64,000 bases of DNA, from contig CM059428.1 in NCBI GenBank assembly GCA_030390025.1, forward strand, positions 17,174,001-17,238,000, given 5' to 3'. Position 1 is the stretch's first letter, and every line of letters begins with the position of its first letter. The stretch comes from Squalus acanthias. Lineage: Eukaryota. Of the stretch, positions 11,023 through 23,700 are shown one piece after another. The notes below the pieces were generated by a model. It worked only from the letters and a program-made list of their open reading frames with translations. It had not been told where the DNA came from and searched no databases. Both the position numbers and the translations under genes were made by a program.

Positions 11023-11250
11023 AAAAGTGAGAAGTCGCACAACACCAGGTTATAGTCCAACAGTTTTATTTGAAATCACAAGCTTTCGGCGCGCTGCTCC
11101 TTCGTCAGGCCCGGATATGCCCACTTCACCTGACGAAGGAGCAGCGCTCCGAAAGCTTGTGATTTCAAATAAAACTGTTGGACTATAACCTGGTGTTGTG
11201 CGACTTCTCACTTTTGTCCACCCCAGTCCAACACCGGCATCTCCGCATCA
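11023..11250 (+). mobile_element. Fold-back mini-element made of PLE-type 3' tail (family 2, AGCU hammerhead)
   Basis: 87-bp inverted arms 11023-11109 / 11129-11215 with one mismatch, plus a 35-nt unpaired tail; flanked by GG(G/A)TTAGAAGA at 11013 and 11251; sits inside an L2 fragment. Confidence 0.8.
11126..11162 (+). ncRNA. Hammerhead ribozyme motif (AGCU palindrome class)
   Basis: UCAC-CUGACGA-A-GGAGC-AGC-GCUCC-GAAA-GC-UU-GUGA. Confidence 0.82.
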
Positions 11251-13929
11251 GGATTAGAAGAGGCAGAGGGGTTTAGGGAGCGAATTCCAGAGCTTGGGGC
11301 CAAGACAGCTGAAGGCACGGCCACCAAAAGTTGGGCGATTATAATCAGGGTTGCTCAAGAGGGCAGAATTAGAGGAGCGCAGCTATCTCGTTTGGTGGAG
11401 GGGGGTGGGAGGTAGTGGGGCTGGAGGAGGTTACAAAGATGGGGAGGGGTGAGGCCATGGAGGGATTTGAAAACTAGAATGAGAATTTTGAAATCGAGAC
11501 ATTGCTTACCCGGGAGCCAATGTAAGTCCGCAAGCACAAGGATGATGGGTGAAACGGGGCTTGGTGCGATTTAGGATATTGGCTGACAAGTTTACATAGG
11601 GTAGAATGTGGGAGGCCAGCCAGGATTGCATTGGGGTAGTCAAGTCTAGCGGTAACAAAAAGGCACGGATGAGCTGAGGTGGAGACGGCCGATGTTACGG
11701 AGGTGGAAATAGGCGTTCTTAGTTATGCCGCAGATATGTGGTCGGAAGCTCATTTCAGGGTCAGATATGACACCAAGGTTGCGAACAGTGGTTCAACCTT
11801 GGGGAGAGGGATGGAGTCAGTGGCTAGGGAACGGAGTTTGTGGTGGGAACCGCAAACCAGTTTAACATCTGTGGCACGGAAATGTTTTAGAATTGTTCAA
11901 GATGAAATTACTAAATTTCTTAAATTAGCAACCATCACTGATTCAGAAAGGAAGATTGTGCTTGTCAAACTGAGGTGACATATATGGGAGATGGGGAAAT
12001 GCAGTGGGTGTGGTGTATCTGGACTTTCAAAAAGTGAAAATACCACATTTGGAGAAGATTAAGGGGGATGAAATTGGGAGAAGGGGAGCAAATTGGATCT
12101 AAAAACTAGAGGAGAGGAAACCTTTTCTGTTCTGGGGGTTCAGGTTCATGTTAAAAGTAGCACTTCAAGTGGATAAGGCCATAACAAAAAGCTAATGGGA
12201 AATTGGGTTTTATGGCAAGAATATAAAAGTTGAGATATGATGTGAATCTATATTAAAACCTTAAGACCACAGTTGGAATACTGTGTGCTGTTTTGGGCTT
12301 CACGTTTATAGGTAGAACGTTGAGGCAGTAGAAGTGCAGAATCACTAGTAACTGATGTGATGAAATGCAAATATGAAGCAAGACTTGAAAAATTGGAGCT
12401 GTTGCAGAGGAGATTATGGAGTGATTTGACAGTTGTTTAAAATTATGAAGGGATTGTAGAGGGTAGAGAGACCCATTCCAATAGCTCAAAGTCTAGAACA
12501 ATGGGACATCTTGACTAGTTTTCCTCAAACGCCCTCTAATAAAGTGCACAATTGAGTTGATTTGCGTAATTTGGTAAACTGCACTCAACAGCTGGGAGAA
12601 GTATGTTTGAACTCCAGAATCAACTGACTTGAGCATCCTGTTAATGTAGTCCTGCAGGGAATCACTGACATTTGGGAAGGTGTAAGGCAATCTTTTTTCC
12701 GGAAGAAATGGCTGATACCATAATAAAACAACAGAACATTTGAATTTGCTTGTGTAATGAAATAAATTGGGACGTTTCTTTTAAATTTTTGCCTTGACTG
12801 GACCTAAATTTTCTGACCATCTTGGCCTGTGTACCATACGTTTGCAAACCAGGGTCCATGAACCCTAAAGGCTCCACGTGGATTCCAAGATTTCTTTCCC
12901 TCTGGGGCTCTGCATACTGCGTGCATGTTGAACACAGTGTGCAAGAGTTCTGTATTGAATGTTCTTTTCTGTATTCCATACTTTAAGAATTGCCGACTTA
13001 CTCCATTACTAATAGTTTCTGCAATAATAGTGTATGGGTAGCTGACAGTTTTTTGGAATTTAGGATAGGTGTTCCTCCGGACTATTTGCAGGGGAGCCGT
13101 CAGCAAAAACATGAGAATTTTTCCCCTATAATAAGTAAACGCCAGAAATATTTCAGTTGCAGCATATTCAGATCAAAAAGTAGGCTCAAAGATGCAGTGC
13201 GCTTATATAAAAGTCTTGGGTCTCGCATGTATTGAACATCACACTTGTATGCATTCACATTTTCAGACTGGCTCAAATTTCATAACAGCAATAATTACAA
13301 CTGACATCAGGAAAATACATGGGGACAAGTAGAAAGTGGGAACAAAAGCCACCACTCACGATGTTCAAGAACTACTAGTTAAAAGCAGGCAATCAGACAA
13401 CAGCTTAACAGTAGCAAAGAGCAGAAACAATTGTATCGCTCCATATAATTTTTGAAAATTGTGTGCCGTCTCGTCTTCTCCCCATGCTGAGGACTTAATA
13501 CATTTTCTAACTCTTCTATCTAACATTCTGGGCAAAGTTCACAGAATCCACCAGCAATCTGAGCTAAAACTCTCCAAATGCAGATTAAGGCTGCCTCTCT
13601 CGATCATATTTTGGAACCACGAAGGTGCTTATTAATACACCATGAATTTTGATTGACAGCAAGACTAGCCATTCACGGTCATACCAAGACATCCTATTTG
13701 TAAGCCCTGCCTCCTTGTCCCTGTTCAGTGATGATAAAGTTTGAAGGAAGGCTGCACTAAGAATGAGGAAAGCATTATTACAGCAGTGCATGGTTTTGAT
13801 TGTATGAAAGTATCAAAATAAGGTAAAGTGGTAACTTCTGAAATTCGTGAGATAACTGACAGGGCAAACTAGGCAAAAATTGACTTGTTAATGCAAGGAG
13901 CATTTTTATTTATGTAACTGGTATGTTGG

Positions 13930-14152
13930 CAGACGAACCAGAGGGGAGATGAGAATTTTTATTGGAGTTGTTAGGCTCTGGGAATGCACTGCCTGAGAGG
14001 GTGGTGAAAGCCGATTCAATAATAACTTTCAAAAAGGGAATTGGATAAATACTTTGGAAGGGGAAAAAATTGCAGGGTGATGGGGAAAGAGCTGGGGAGT
14101 GTGACTAATGGGCATGATGGACCGAATGGCCTCCTATGCTGTATGATTCTAA
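13930..14152 (+). mobile_element. CR1 3' end
   Basis: TGGGAATGCACTGCCTGAGAGGGTGGTG...GACCGAATGGCCTCCT...GATTCTA. Confidence 0.7.
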
Positions 14153-14706
14153 TGTGAGGGTACACCCAGGAACCAGTTAAAAAAAAAAACCACTCTTGGC
14201 ACATTTGACTTTTCCCAGAAGTGGGGACTCTTTCTTCCCTCTTTCCCCCTCCCTCCTCCTCCTCTTTCTCCCCCCCCCCCCCCCCCCCACAAATCATTTG
14301 TAGCAGTGGAACTGTTGACTCAACCACCAAAATGCCATAGGAGATCTGCTGGAATCGATAAAAGAATTGAGATGTGTCTTGTCAATTTCACAGTCAACGG
14401 CAATCATTTCCTGTTGGCTTCAGAGAAACTTTCCACCAACAGAAAAGACTCTGACTAATGTCTGTGTACAACTGTAAGACATAGTGGCATTAAAGAGACA
14501 GGTTATATTACACACTGCTGCCCTTAGCAGAATAATACATTGTACATTGCATTGGTATATTGCTCTTTTTAAAATAGCATTTCACTGATACCATGCGTGC
14601 TCCTCTGGTACACTAGTAATTGTTGGCTAACAATTTGTAGTACGGTCACTTTTTTTTGTTCTCAACCTATCTATGTAACATTTTGTTTTTCAGGTCACGC
14701 TTCAAA

Positions 14707-14774
14707 ATGAATATCATCAAAGAAAACAAGGATTTGGCCTGTTTCTACACAACAAAACACTCATGGAGGGGAAA
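14707..14774 (+). CDS. DNAJC13: DNAJC13 coding exon 1 (exon begins 14694 with 13 nt of 5' UTR)
   Basis: ttttcag|GTCACGCTTCAAAATG; [23 protein letters not shown]; donor AA|gtaagt. Confidence 0.96.
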
Positions 14775-17700
14775 GTAAGTGCTCTTTCTGATAATAGGGT
14801 TAATTGCTAGTTCTAGATTGTTGAGAACTGGTTTACACGATTTAAAAGGTTTAGTTACCCTGCCTGTTTGGAGTTTTGTAAATGGCTGTTCTGGTTTTCA
14901 GTTGCAATTGAAGATTTTCATGCTGCTGTTTGAGCAGAAAGCTCCAACTGTACAGTGCTTGATCACTTCCTCAAGATGATTCAGTGTTTCACTAGAACTT
15001 GGTCGCTTTTGAAGTGCAATCACTGTTATGTATGTGTAATTTTTTTCGGACTTATTTGGTACAAACTGAACAGTCACTATAAATATCACTTGTTACTTTT
15101 TCATATAACATTAGTTTTGAGATGCTGGTCAATGCTTTGTCCTACGTATTTCATGGAGTGGGTTTTCATTTGATATACCTGGCAGGGAGCATAGCTGAAT
15201 AGATACACTAGTGCTGCAAGTGGAAATTCCATATCAAAGACATTCAAGGCTGTTGCTTTGATTTAATGTGAGGAGCTGTCGGAGATAGATGCATCTTGCT
15301 GGAAAACTGAATTCAATATAAAATAAACTAGTTTATTTGCTTATATTCGTGCTGAGTGCTTTCCGGTTCGCCTTCCAAAAAGGCACGAGTGCACATATGG
15401 CGTATGTGAGACCATAGAATCCTGTACAGACAACTAGAGGGCTGTTATGATTGGAGCAATGCAGTTGTCTAACTAGATACTAGGCAGTAAAAGCAAACTC
15501 TAGATTATAGGGGACAAACATCTTTCCTTTGTAAGGTACAACCTCAACAACTCTTTGACCCTCCATTGATCTTAGTTTTACTAGTGCTCCTTATTGCCAC
15601 ACTTGGTCGAATGTTGCCTTGATGCTGGGCAGCGTGCTCATTTCTCCACTAACATTCAGCTCTCTCCTCCATATCTGGATCATGGCTGTGGTGAGGCCTG
15701 GAGACAAGTAGGCTTTGGGTGAAATCCAATCTGAGCGTCGGTGAGCAGGTTATTTGTGTCACTTGACGTCCGTGTTGATAACTCCTTCCATCACTTTACT
15801 TATGATTTGGAGTACGCTGATCGGGTGGTAATTGGCTGAGCTGTATTGATCCTGTTTTTTTGTAGATATGACCTACCTCGGCAGTCTTCCACATTCAGGT
15901 AGATGCCCGCGTCTGCTGCACTGGAACAGCTTGGGTATGGTAGCAGCTAGCGTTGATGGCGGCTGTCTCTGGTGCACATTTCTTCAGCCATACAGCTGGA
16001 ATGTTTGTCAGGGCCCATAGTCTTTGCTGTGTTGTCCCCTCAGCAGCTGCTTAATATCACATGGAGTGAACCGAATTGACTGGATACTGGCATCTATAAT
16101 GGTGGAAGCCATATAGGATCATCCACTTAGTACTTGGCTAAAGACACACACTTCAGCCTCGTCGCTTGCACGTACGTGTTGGGCTCCACCACAGTTGAAG
16201 ATGTTTAAGGAGCTGCCTCCTCCTGTTGCCTGGTTGTCTACCACTATTCTTGTGGTAGAGCTAGAGAAATTTGCTCAGATTTATTGATTGTGGGAATGCT
16301 TTATCTACAGCATGCTGCTTCTGGTGTTTAGCATTCTTGTAGCCCAGTGTAGTAGCTTTACTAGATTGCTAGCTAGTCTGCTAAGGTATGCCTGGTGCTA
16401 CTCCTGACTTGCCCTTCTACAACTCCCATTTCCCTTTGAAACTGAGTTGGCCACCCGGCTTGACAGCGATGGAATGAGGGATGTGCCGTAACATGAGGTT
16501 GCACATTGTGGTAGTATGCAATTCTGCTGCTGGTGGCCTACAGTGCCTCATAGATGCATAGCTTTGGGCTAGTAGATCTGTCCTTAGTTTGTCCCATTTA
16601 GCACGGCAGTAGTGCGATACATGATTTAGTAGGCCCTCACTGTAGAGACAAGACTTTATCTTCAAGGACTGTGCAGTGGCCGCTCCTACCAGTGCTCTCA
16701 AGGACAGGTGTGAGGACGAGGTCAAGTAGATTACTTCCTTGTGTTGGTTTCCTCACTACCTGACACAGCCCAGTCTGGCAGCTATGTCCTTCAGAGCTCT
16801 AAGTGTGGCATACCTATCCTCAATTTTGGATTCTTTTTCTTTATTTTCATTGCAATTAAACTATTCTTACCTGCAATTAAACTATTCTTACCTGCAATTA
16901 AACTATTCTTACCAGCAATAGGGTATCGACAGACTGGTGAAATGGGCAGACACATGGCAGATGCAATTTAATGCACACAAGTGTGAAGTGATGCACTTTG
17001 GGAGAAACAACATGTAGAGGCAGTATAATCTAAATGGTATTTTGAGGGTGGGGGCGCAAGAGCAGAAGGACCTGGGGGTGCATATTCACAAATCTTTGAA
17101 GGTAGCAGGGCAAGTTGATAAGGTGGTTAAGAAAGCGAATGGGATACATGGCTTTGTAAATGGCGGCATTGAATACAAAAACAAGGAATTCATGCTAAAC
17201 CTTTACAAATCACTGGTTAGGCCTCAGCTGGAGTATTGGGCACCACACTTCAGGAAGGATGTCAAGGCCTTGGAGAGGGTGCAGAGGAGGTTTACCAGGA
17301 CGGTACCAGGGATGAGGGACTTCAGTTATGTGGAGAGATTGGAGAAGCTGGGGTTGTTCACCTTTGAGCAGAGAAGGTTAAAGGGAGACCTAATAGAGGT
17401 ATTCAAAATTAAGAGGGGTTTTGATAGAGCAAGTATGGAGAAACTGTTTCCTGTGGCAAGTGGGTCAGTAACCAGAGGTCATAGATGTAAAATAATTGCA
17501 AAGGAACTAAAGGGGAAATAAACCAAAACTTTTTCATGGAGGGTTGTTAAGTTCTGGAACACACTACCTGAAAGCAGATTCCATAGGAACTTTCAAAAGG
17601 CAATCGGACATGTACTTGAAGGGACTAATTTGCAGGGCTATGGGGAAAAAGCTGGGGTGTGGGCCTAATTTGGACAGCTCTTTCAAAGAGCCAGCACAGA

Positions 17701-20700
17701 CATGACAGGCCAAATGGCCACCTTCTGTGCTGTAAGACTGATTCTCTGCAGTTTCTTTTCACATGGCTGAAAGCAGTTTTGTAATTACAGGAAGGGTTTA
17801 TGAGCCTTGCTCAAAATGCAGTGTAAGTCAATGCTGATTGAAGAAGCGAGTGCACAATGGATGTGATTACCGTTGATGCAGTTGGAGATGATACAATGTA
17901 AACTTGTTGATGGCTATGCTGTGGTGCTGAAATTTTCTGTAGTTTAATGCATTGTGTCCAGAGCTGCTGAAGTACTAAGTTGGCCAGAACTCAAGACCTG
18001 TTTCTCCCCCCAAAGTAGAACATGTTCTTTGTAAAACTGGTCTTAATACAAAGCTGTCTGGACCATAAAAGGACTTGGGTAACATGACTACACAGTAAAA
18101 TGCTAAATACTTGCTGGAGTCAACAGCTCATTGAGCTCAAGCCTTCATGTTACAGGGCATAATTACATTGTTTAATGTGAAGCAAGACTTGGAATGGTGA
18201 CTCAAAATATTGCAAACTTCTTGCACCTTAGTGCTAATACTCAGTAAAAGTTATTTATTTGGTCAGAAATCAAATATTATAGTTGCTTTTCCAAATGTAT
18301 GTGTAACATTGTCAAATGAATGATTCACTTTGCAGAGGCCTAAGATAACTTTAATGTGCCAGACTGTAGAAACATTTATCTAGTTTGTGCAATTTAGGGA
18401 AATGATCACAATCAGTATAGTTGACAGACAAAACGGGGCTTTGCGTGCACAAAGGTATATTTGGGAACCCTCGTGTTCCGCAACTCTGCAGCTTCAGTAA
18501 TCACAATGGAATTTAATACCTGTCCTGGAATTTGTCCTCTGGCATTTCTCTTCTCTTCCCCCCCCCCCCTGGTTTTCCTTCCTGATTTTTCCCCATTGTC
18601 ACTGTTGGAACCAATACACTGGTTCTGAATGGCATCAGTTGACAGCAATCTCTTAATCCCCATTGATTTGTAGCTCATTAAATTGCAGTTGTCGTGTCAG
18701 AGGTGTGAAATGCATGATGATTATGTATTCTCTATATATTGATTTTTGCAGCTGTGTGCAAGGTAGGAAATGCATGGGATCAATAAACTGCAAATTAATG
18801 AGGATTAGAAGACTGGTGTCAATTGACACCGTTGCAGTTCAGAACACTAAGTATTCATTTATCTATCAAGTATTTAGCTGCCTCAACATTAAGCTCTCAC
18901 CTTGCTAGATGAAAATCGGGTGAGTTATTAAATGACAACTGTTACTGTAAGCAGCTAAGTGCATGGCAACTCGTACCAAGTGCAGTAAACTTAACAATTT
19001 AAAATGTACAAATTTAACACATACAGTTTCTAACAAAATTGTTGGTTCATCTCTGAACAGTGCTGCTATAGAACTTGTGTTCTAATGCTACGGAATTCTC
19101 GGTCTCCTGAGTATATGTGCACTTCTCTCGAGCCTTGTTGATGCATTTATCCTGTGAGCTGATTAACATGTTTGGCTGGCAGAACAATTGTCATATTTAC
19201 TAATACTTGCTGTGCCCAAGCAACAATCTTGTGATCTAAAGTATGCTGTATTGAGCAGAGTTTAGAGGAACATTGGGCTTGAATCCAAATAGCTTGACCT
19301 TTAGTAGCCACTAATTCACTCACTTAGATAAAAATACTCGGTGTTTCAGCTTAGTGGGAGAAGTCAAATGCTGCCCATTTTCAGTATCTCTTCAAAGAGC
19401 TGAATTTGTGATTCATGGACTTGAACCTGGAAGGAACTGTTTTGTTTCTACTAGTAGCATTTTTATGTAAAAGAAGCCAAATGTGATTTCTTGAAGGCGG
19501 TAGATGGATTGCATCGTATGTGGGGGAATAATTAAATGTTTAAAATCTTGAGGTAGTGGGGCTGAATGACGCAATGCTTAAATACCTATTTATTGGAAAT
19601 ATCAGGCTTTTCTATCCATCTCTTAATTTGAATTTCTTTCAAACAATTAGAATGGATGCAGAATTTATGGCATTTTGCAAGAGATGTGCAGGGCTTGCAG
19701 AGTCAGTTGCATCTGCTCAACATAACGGCGTCTTTACTGCATCCCTCTGTCCTGTACTAGGAGCAGTTTTCTTCGATACGTAACTCGGCAGTATTAACTT
19801 AAAATGCAGCATGGGCTCCCTGGATGGCTTGGCAAGTTTTACCTAGAAACAAATGAGCCAGACAGACCAGTAGAGTCCCCTGTTCTGTGCAGAGTTAGCT
19901 GAAAGCTGGAGCAGCAGTAGGTATGGGACATCTTTAGGGAAGGGAAATCACACGGAAGTTCCTGTTCCTAATCCTTATCTGCACTGGATTTGTGTGTGGG
20001 GATGGCAGCCCTATAGTAAAATAGCCTGCCAATATTCAGTCAAGTCGAATTACATAGGATGTACAGCACAAACAGGCCATTCGGCCCAACCAGTCTATGC
20101 CGGTGTTTATGCTCCACTCGAGCCTCCTCCTGTCTTTCCTCATCTAAATCTATCAGCATAACCCTCTATTCCCTTCTCCCTCCTTATGTTTGTCTAGCCT
20201 CCCCTTAAATACATCTATACTATTTGCTTCAACCACTCCCTGTGGTAGCGAGTTCCACATTCTCACCACTCTTTGGGTAAAGAAGTTTCTTCTGAATTCC
20301 CTATTTGATTTCTTGGTGACTATCTTATATTGATGGCCTCTAGTTATGCTCTTCTCCACAAGTGGAAACACTCTCTCTGTATCTACTCTATCAAAACCTT
20401 TCATAATTTTAAAGACCTCTATTAGGTCACCCCTCAGCCTTTCCTGATATGTATACCCTCGCATTTCTGGTATCATCCTTGTAAATCTTCTCTAGTGCCT
20501 ATATCCTTTTTATAATATGGCGACCAGAACTGTACGCAGTACTCCCAAGTGTGGTCTAACCAAGGTTCAATACAGGTTTAGCATAACTTTCCTACTTTTC
20601 AATTCTATCCCTCTAGAAATAAACCCCGAGTGCTTGCTTTGCTTTTTTTATGGCCTTGCTAACCTGTATCGCAACTTTTAGTGATTTGTGTATTTGTACT

Positions 20701-23700
20701 CGGATCCCTTTGCTCCTCTACCTCACCTAGACTCGTGACCTCCCTATTCTTCCTACCAAAACGTAATACCTCACATTTGTCTGTATTGAACTTCATTTGC
20801 CAATTATATGCCCATTTTGCAAGTTTATTAATGTCTTCCTGTAATTCGTTGCAGTCGTCCTCCGTATTAACTATCTCCCCCCTACCCCCCATCCAAATTT
20901 GGTGTCATCTGCAAATTTAGAAATTGTGTTTTTGATTCCAAAGTCTAAATCGTTAATGCAAATTGTGAACAAGTGGTGCCAGCACTGATCCTTGTGGAAC
21001 ACCACTACCCACCTTCTGCCACTGTGAATAGCTACCCTTTTACCCCTACACTCTGCTTTCTGTCTTGAAGCCAGCTAGCTAGCCATTCTGCTACTTGTCC
21101 CCTGACTCTGCATTCTCTGTCCTTGTTCATTAGTATTATGGGGTACCTTATCGAAGGCCTTTTGAAAATCTAGATGAATTACATCTACTGCCTTACCATT
21201 GTCTACTCTGTTACCACTTCAAAAAATTCAATGAGGCTGGTCAAGCAAGACGTTCCCTTTTTGAAATCCATGCTGACTTTTCCTTATTTTTGGTTTCTAG
21301 ATGTTCTATTTACTCCTTTTTAGTAGGGATTCCATTATTTTTCCTATCACCGATGTTAAGCTGACTGGTCTATAATTCCCTGGGCATGTTCCATCCCCCT
21401 TCTTGAATATAGGTATTGCGTTAGCTATCAGTCAGTCCTCTGGCACTACACATTTTTCTAACTAATTATTAAATGTTTAGTAATGCCTCTGCTATCTTTT
21501 CCCTAGATTCTTTTAAAATGCAATCCATCTGGACCAGGGATTTTATCATCTGAGTTTGATTAGTTTATTTAATATATCCTCTCTCTTTTAAATGCACTTC
21601 TCATTACTAATCTCATCATCCAATGTCATGTCCACCTGTTCTATCTCCCTGGTAAATACTGAAGCAAAATAATTATTTAATATTTCTGCCATCATCGTTA
21701 CCTTAATTGCTCTATTCCCAACCTCTTTTTATTGATGTGCCTGTAAAATATTTTACTGTTTTGTTTTGTTAATTTAATTTCATAGTTTCTCTTTGCCTTC
21801 CTAATTGTTTTTGACTTCTCTCCTAATCTTTGTATTTTCTCTCATGCACTCCATGTACTTAATGTATGTCTCTTTCCTTGTCCTCAATTGTTCCCTTATG
21901 GCTTTATTCATCCATTGAGTCTCATTAGTATTTAGTTCTTTCCTTTTAGCAGAATATATTGTTCCTGCACTCTGTTGAACAGTGTTTCAAATGTTTCCCA
22001 TTGCTGTTCTACATCGTTGTTTGCCAATATTGTTGCCCATTTTATTTTCCAAAGTTCTATTCTCAGCCCCTCAATCAACTTTTCTCCAATCTATTAACCT
22101 GGTTTTCATCATACTTATGTCCTTCTCAATTATCATAAAGCATATTATATTATGGTCACTATTGCCTGGATGTTCCCCCTACTTTTACTTTAGTGCCAAG
22201 TGGACAAGGTACCTGTTGCCTGCGGGACTGTAATATAGCAAAGGATCAATGCCTTAAGGAGCAGAGAAACCACACTCTTCATAGAATCGTATAATCATAC
22301 AGCACAGAAGGTGGCCAGTAGGCCCATCGTGCTTCTGCCAGTTCTTTGAAAGAGCTCTCCAATTAGTCCCACTCCCCTGTTCTTTCCCCATAGCCCTGCA
22401 AGTTTTTCCTTTTCAAGTATATATCGAATTCCTTTTTGAAAGTTACTATTGAATCTGCTTCCGCTACCCTTTCACAAGCGCATTCCACACCATTAGAGCT
22501 TGCTGCGTAAAAATAAAGTAAATTCTCCTCACTTTCCCCCCAGGATATTTTTGCCAATTATCTTAGATCTGTGTCCTCTGGTTACCAACCCTCCTGCCAG
22601 TGGAAACAGTTTCTACCTATCTGCTCTTATCAAAATGCCTCAATTTTGAGCACCTCTATTAAATCTCTCCTTAACCTACTCTGCTCTAAGGAGAACAATC
22701 CCAGTTTCTCTCATCCCTCCACATAACTGAAGTTCCTCATCCCTGGTACCATTCTGGTAAATCTTTTCTGCACACTCTCCAAGGTCTTGACAACCTTCCT
22801 AAAGTGTGGTGCCCAGAATTGAACACTGTTTATAAAGGTTTAACATAACTCCCTTGCTTTTGTACTCTGTGCTTCTATATGGTGCTCAAAATTGGGCACA
22901 ATACTTTAGCTGTGCTGAACCAGTGATTTTGTAAAGGTTTACCATAATTTCCTTGCTTTTGTACTCTATGCCTTTATTTATAAAGCGGAGATGCCGGTGT
23001 TGGACTGGGGTGGACAAAATTGAGAGGTCGCACAACACCAGGTTATAGTCCAACAGTTTTATTTGAAATCACAAGCCTCAGGAAGGGGCGATCGATAGCT
23101 CCGAAAGCTTGTGATTTCAAATAAAACTGTTGGACTATAACCTGGTGTTGTGCGACCTCTCAATTTTATTTATAAAGCCAAGGATCCCATGTTTTAACAG
23201 CTTTATCAACTTGTCCTGCCATCTGATTTGTGTATCTGAACCCCCAGGTCTCTGTTCCTGCACTCCCTTTCAAATTGTCCCATTTCATTTATATTGCCAC
23301 CTCATTTTTCCTTCCAAAATGTGTCACTTCACACTTCTCTGCATTAAATTTCATCTGCCGTGTCTCTGCCCATTTCACGAGTCTGTCTGTGTCCTCCTGA
23401 AGTCTGCTACTATCCTCCTCACTGCTACATTTCCAAGTTTTTGTCATCTGCAAACTTTGCAATTATGTCCCCTACACCCAAGCCTAGGTCATAAATATAT
23501 ATCAAGCAGAGCAACAGCAACAACTTGTATTTATATAGCGCCTTTAACGTAGTAAAACGTCCCAAGGAGCTTCACAGGAGTATTTTAAGACAGTTGTTTC
23601 AGATGCTGTGCAATTTATTTTTATTAAATTGTTCTACTCACTTTATATTTAACAGTCATTTTATATTCATGTTCTATAACTATCTGTTCCATGTCAGCCC

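Larger units (their letters stand above)
10870..11855 (-). mobile_element. L2-type LINE 3' fragment
   Basis: LADLHWLP...[20 protein letters not shown] (ORF 11355..11537), typical of an L2 ORF2 C-terminus; tail GCTATATAAATACAAGT. Confidence 0.75.
9940..12700 (+). mobile_element. Decayed CR1 LINE split by V-SINE and L2 insertions, approximate
   Basis: KMPGPDRIHPKIL...PNFKKGDRTNPTNY (ORF 10673..10906); VVYLDFQK near 12010; RPQLEYC near 12265. Confidence 0.6.

Noticed and set aside
1-14693. DNAJC13 promoter or non-coding first exon
   Set aside because: No CpG-island-like unique region with a convincing donor was seen; the CpG-rich parts belong to repeats. It probably lies upstream of the window.
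16851-16918. Short direct repeats as a possible CRISPR-like array
   Set aside because: There are no spacers, and the context is a eukaryotic intron.
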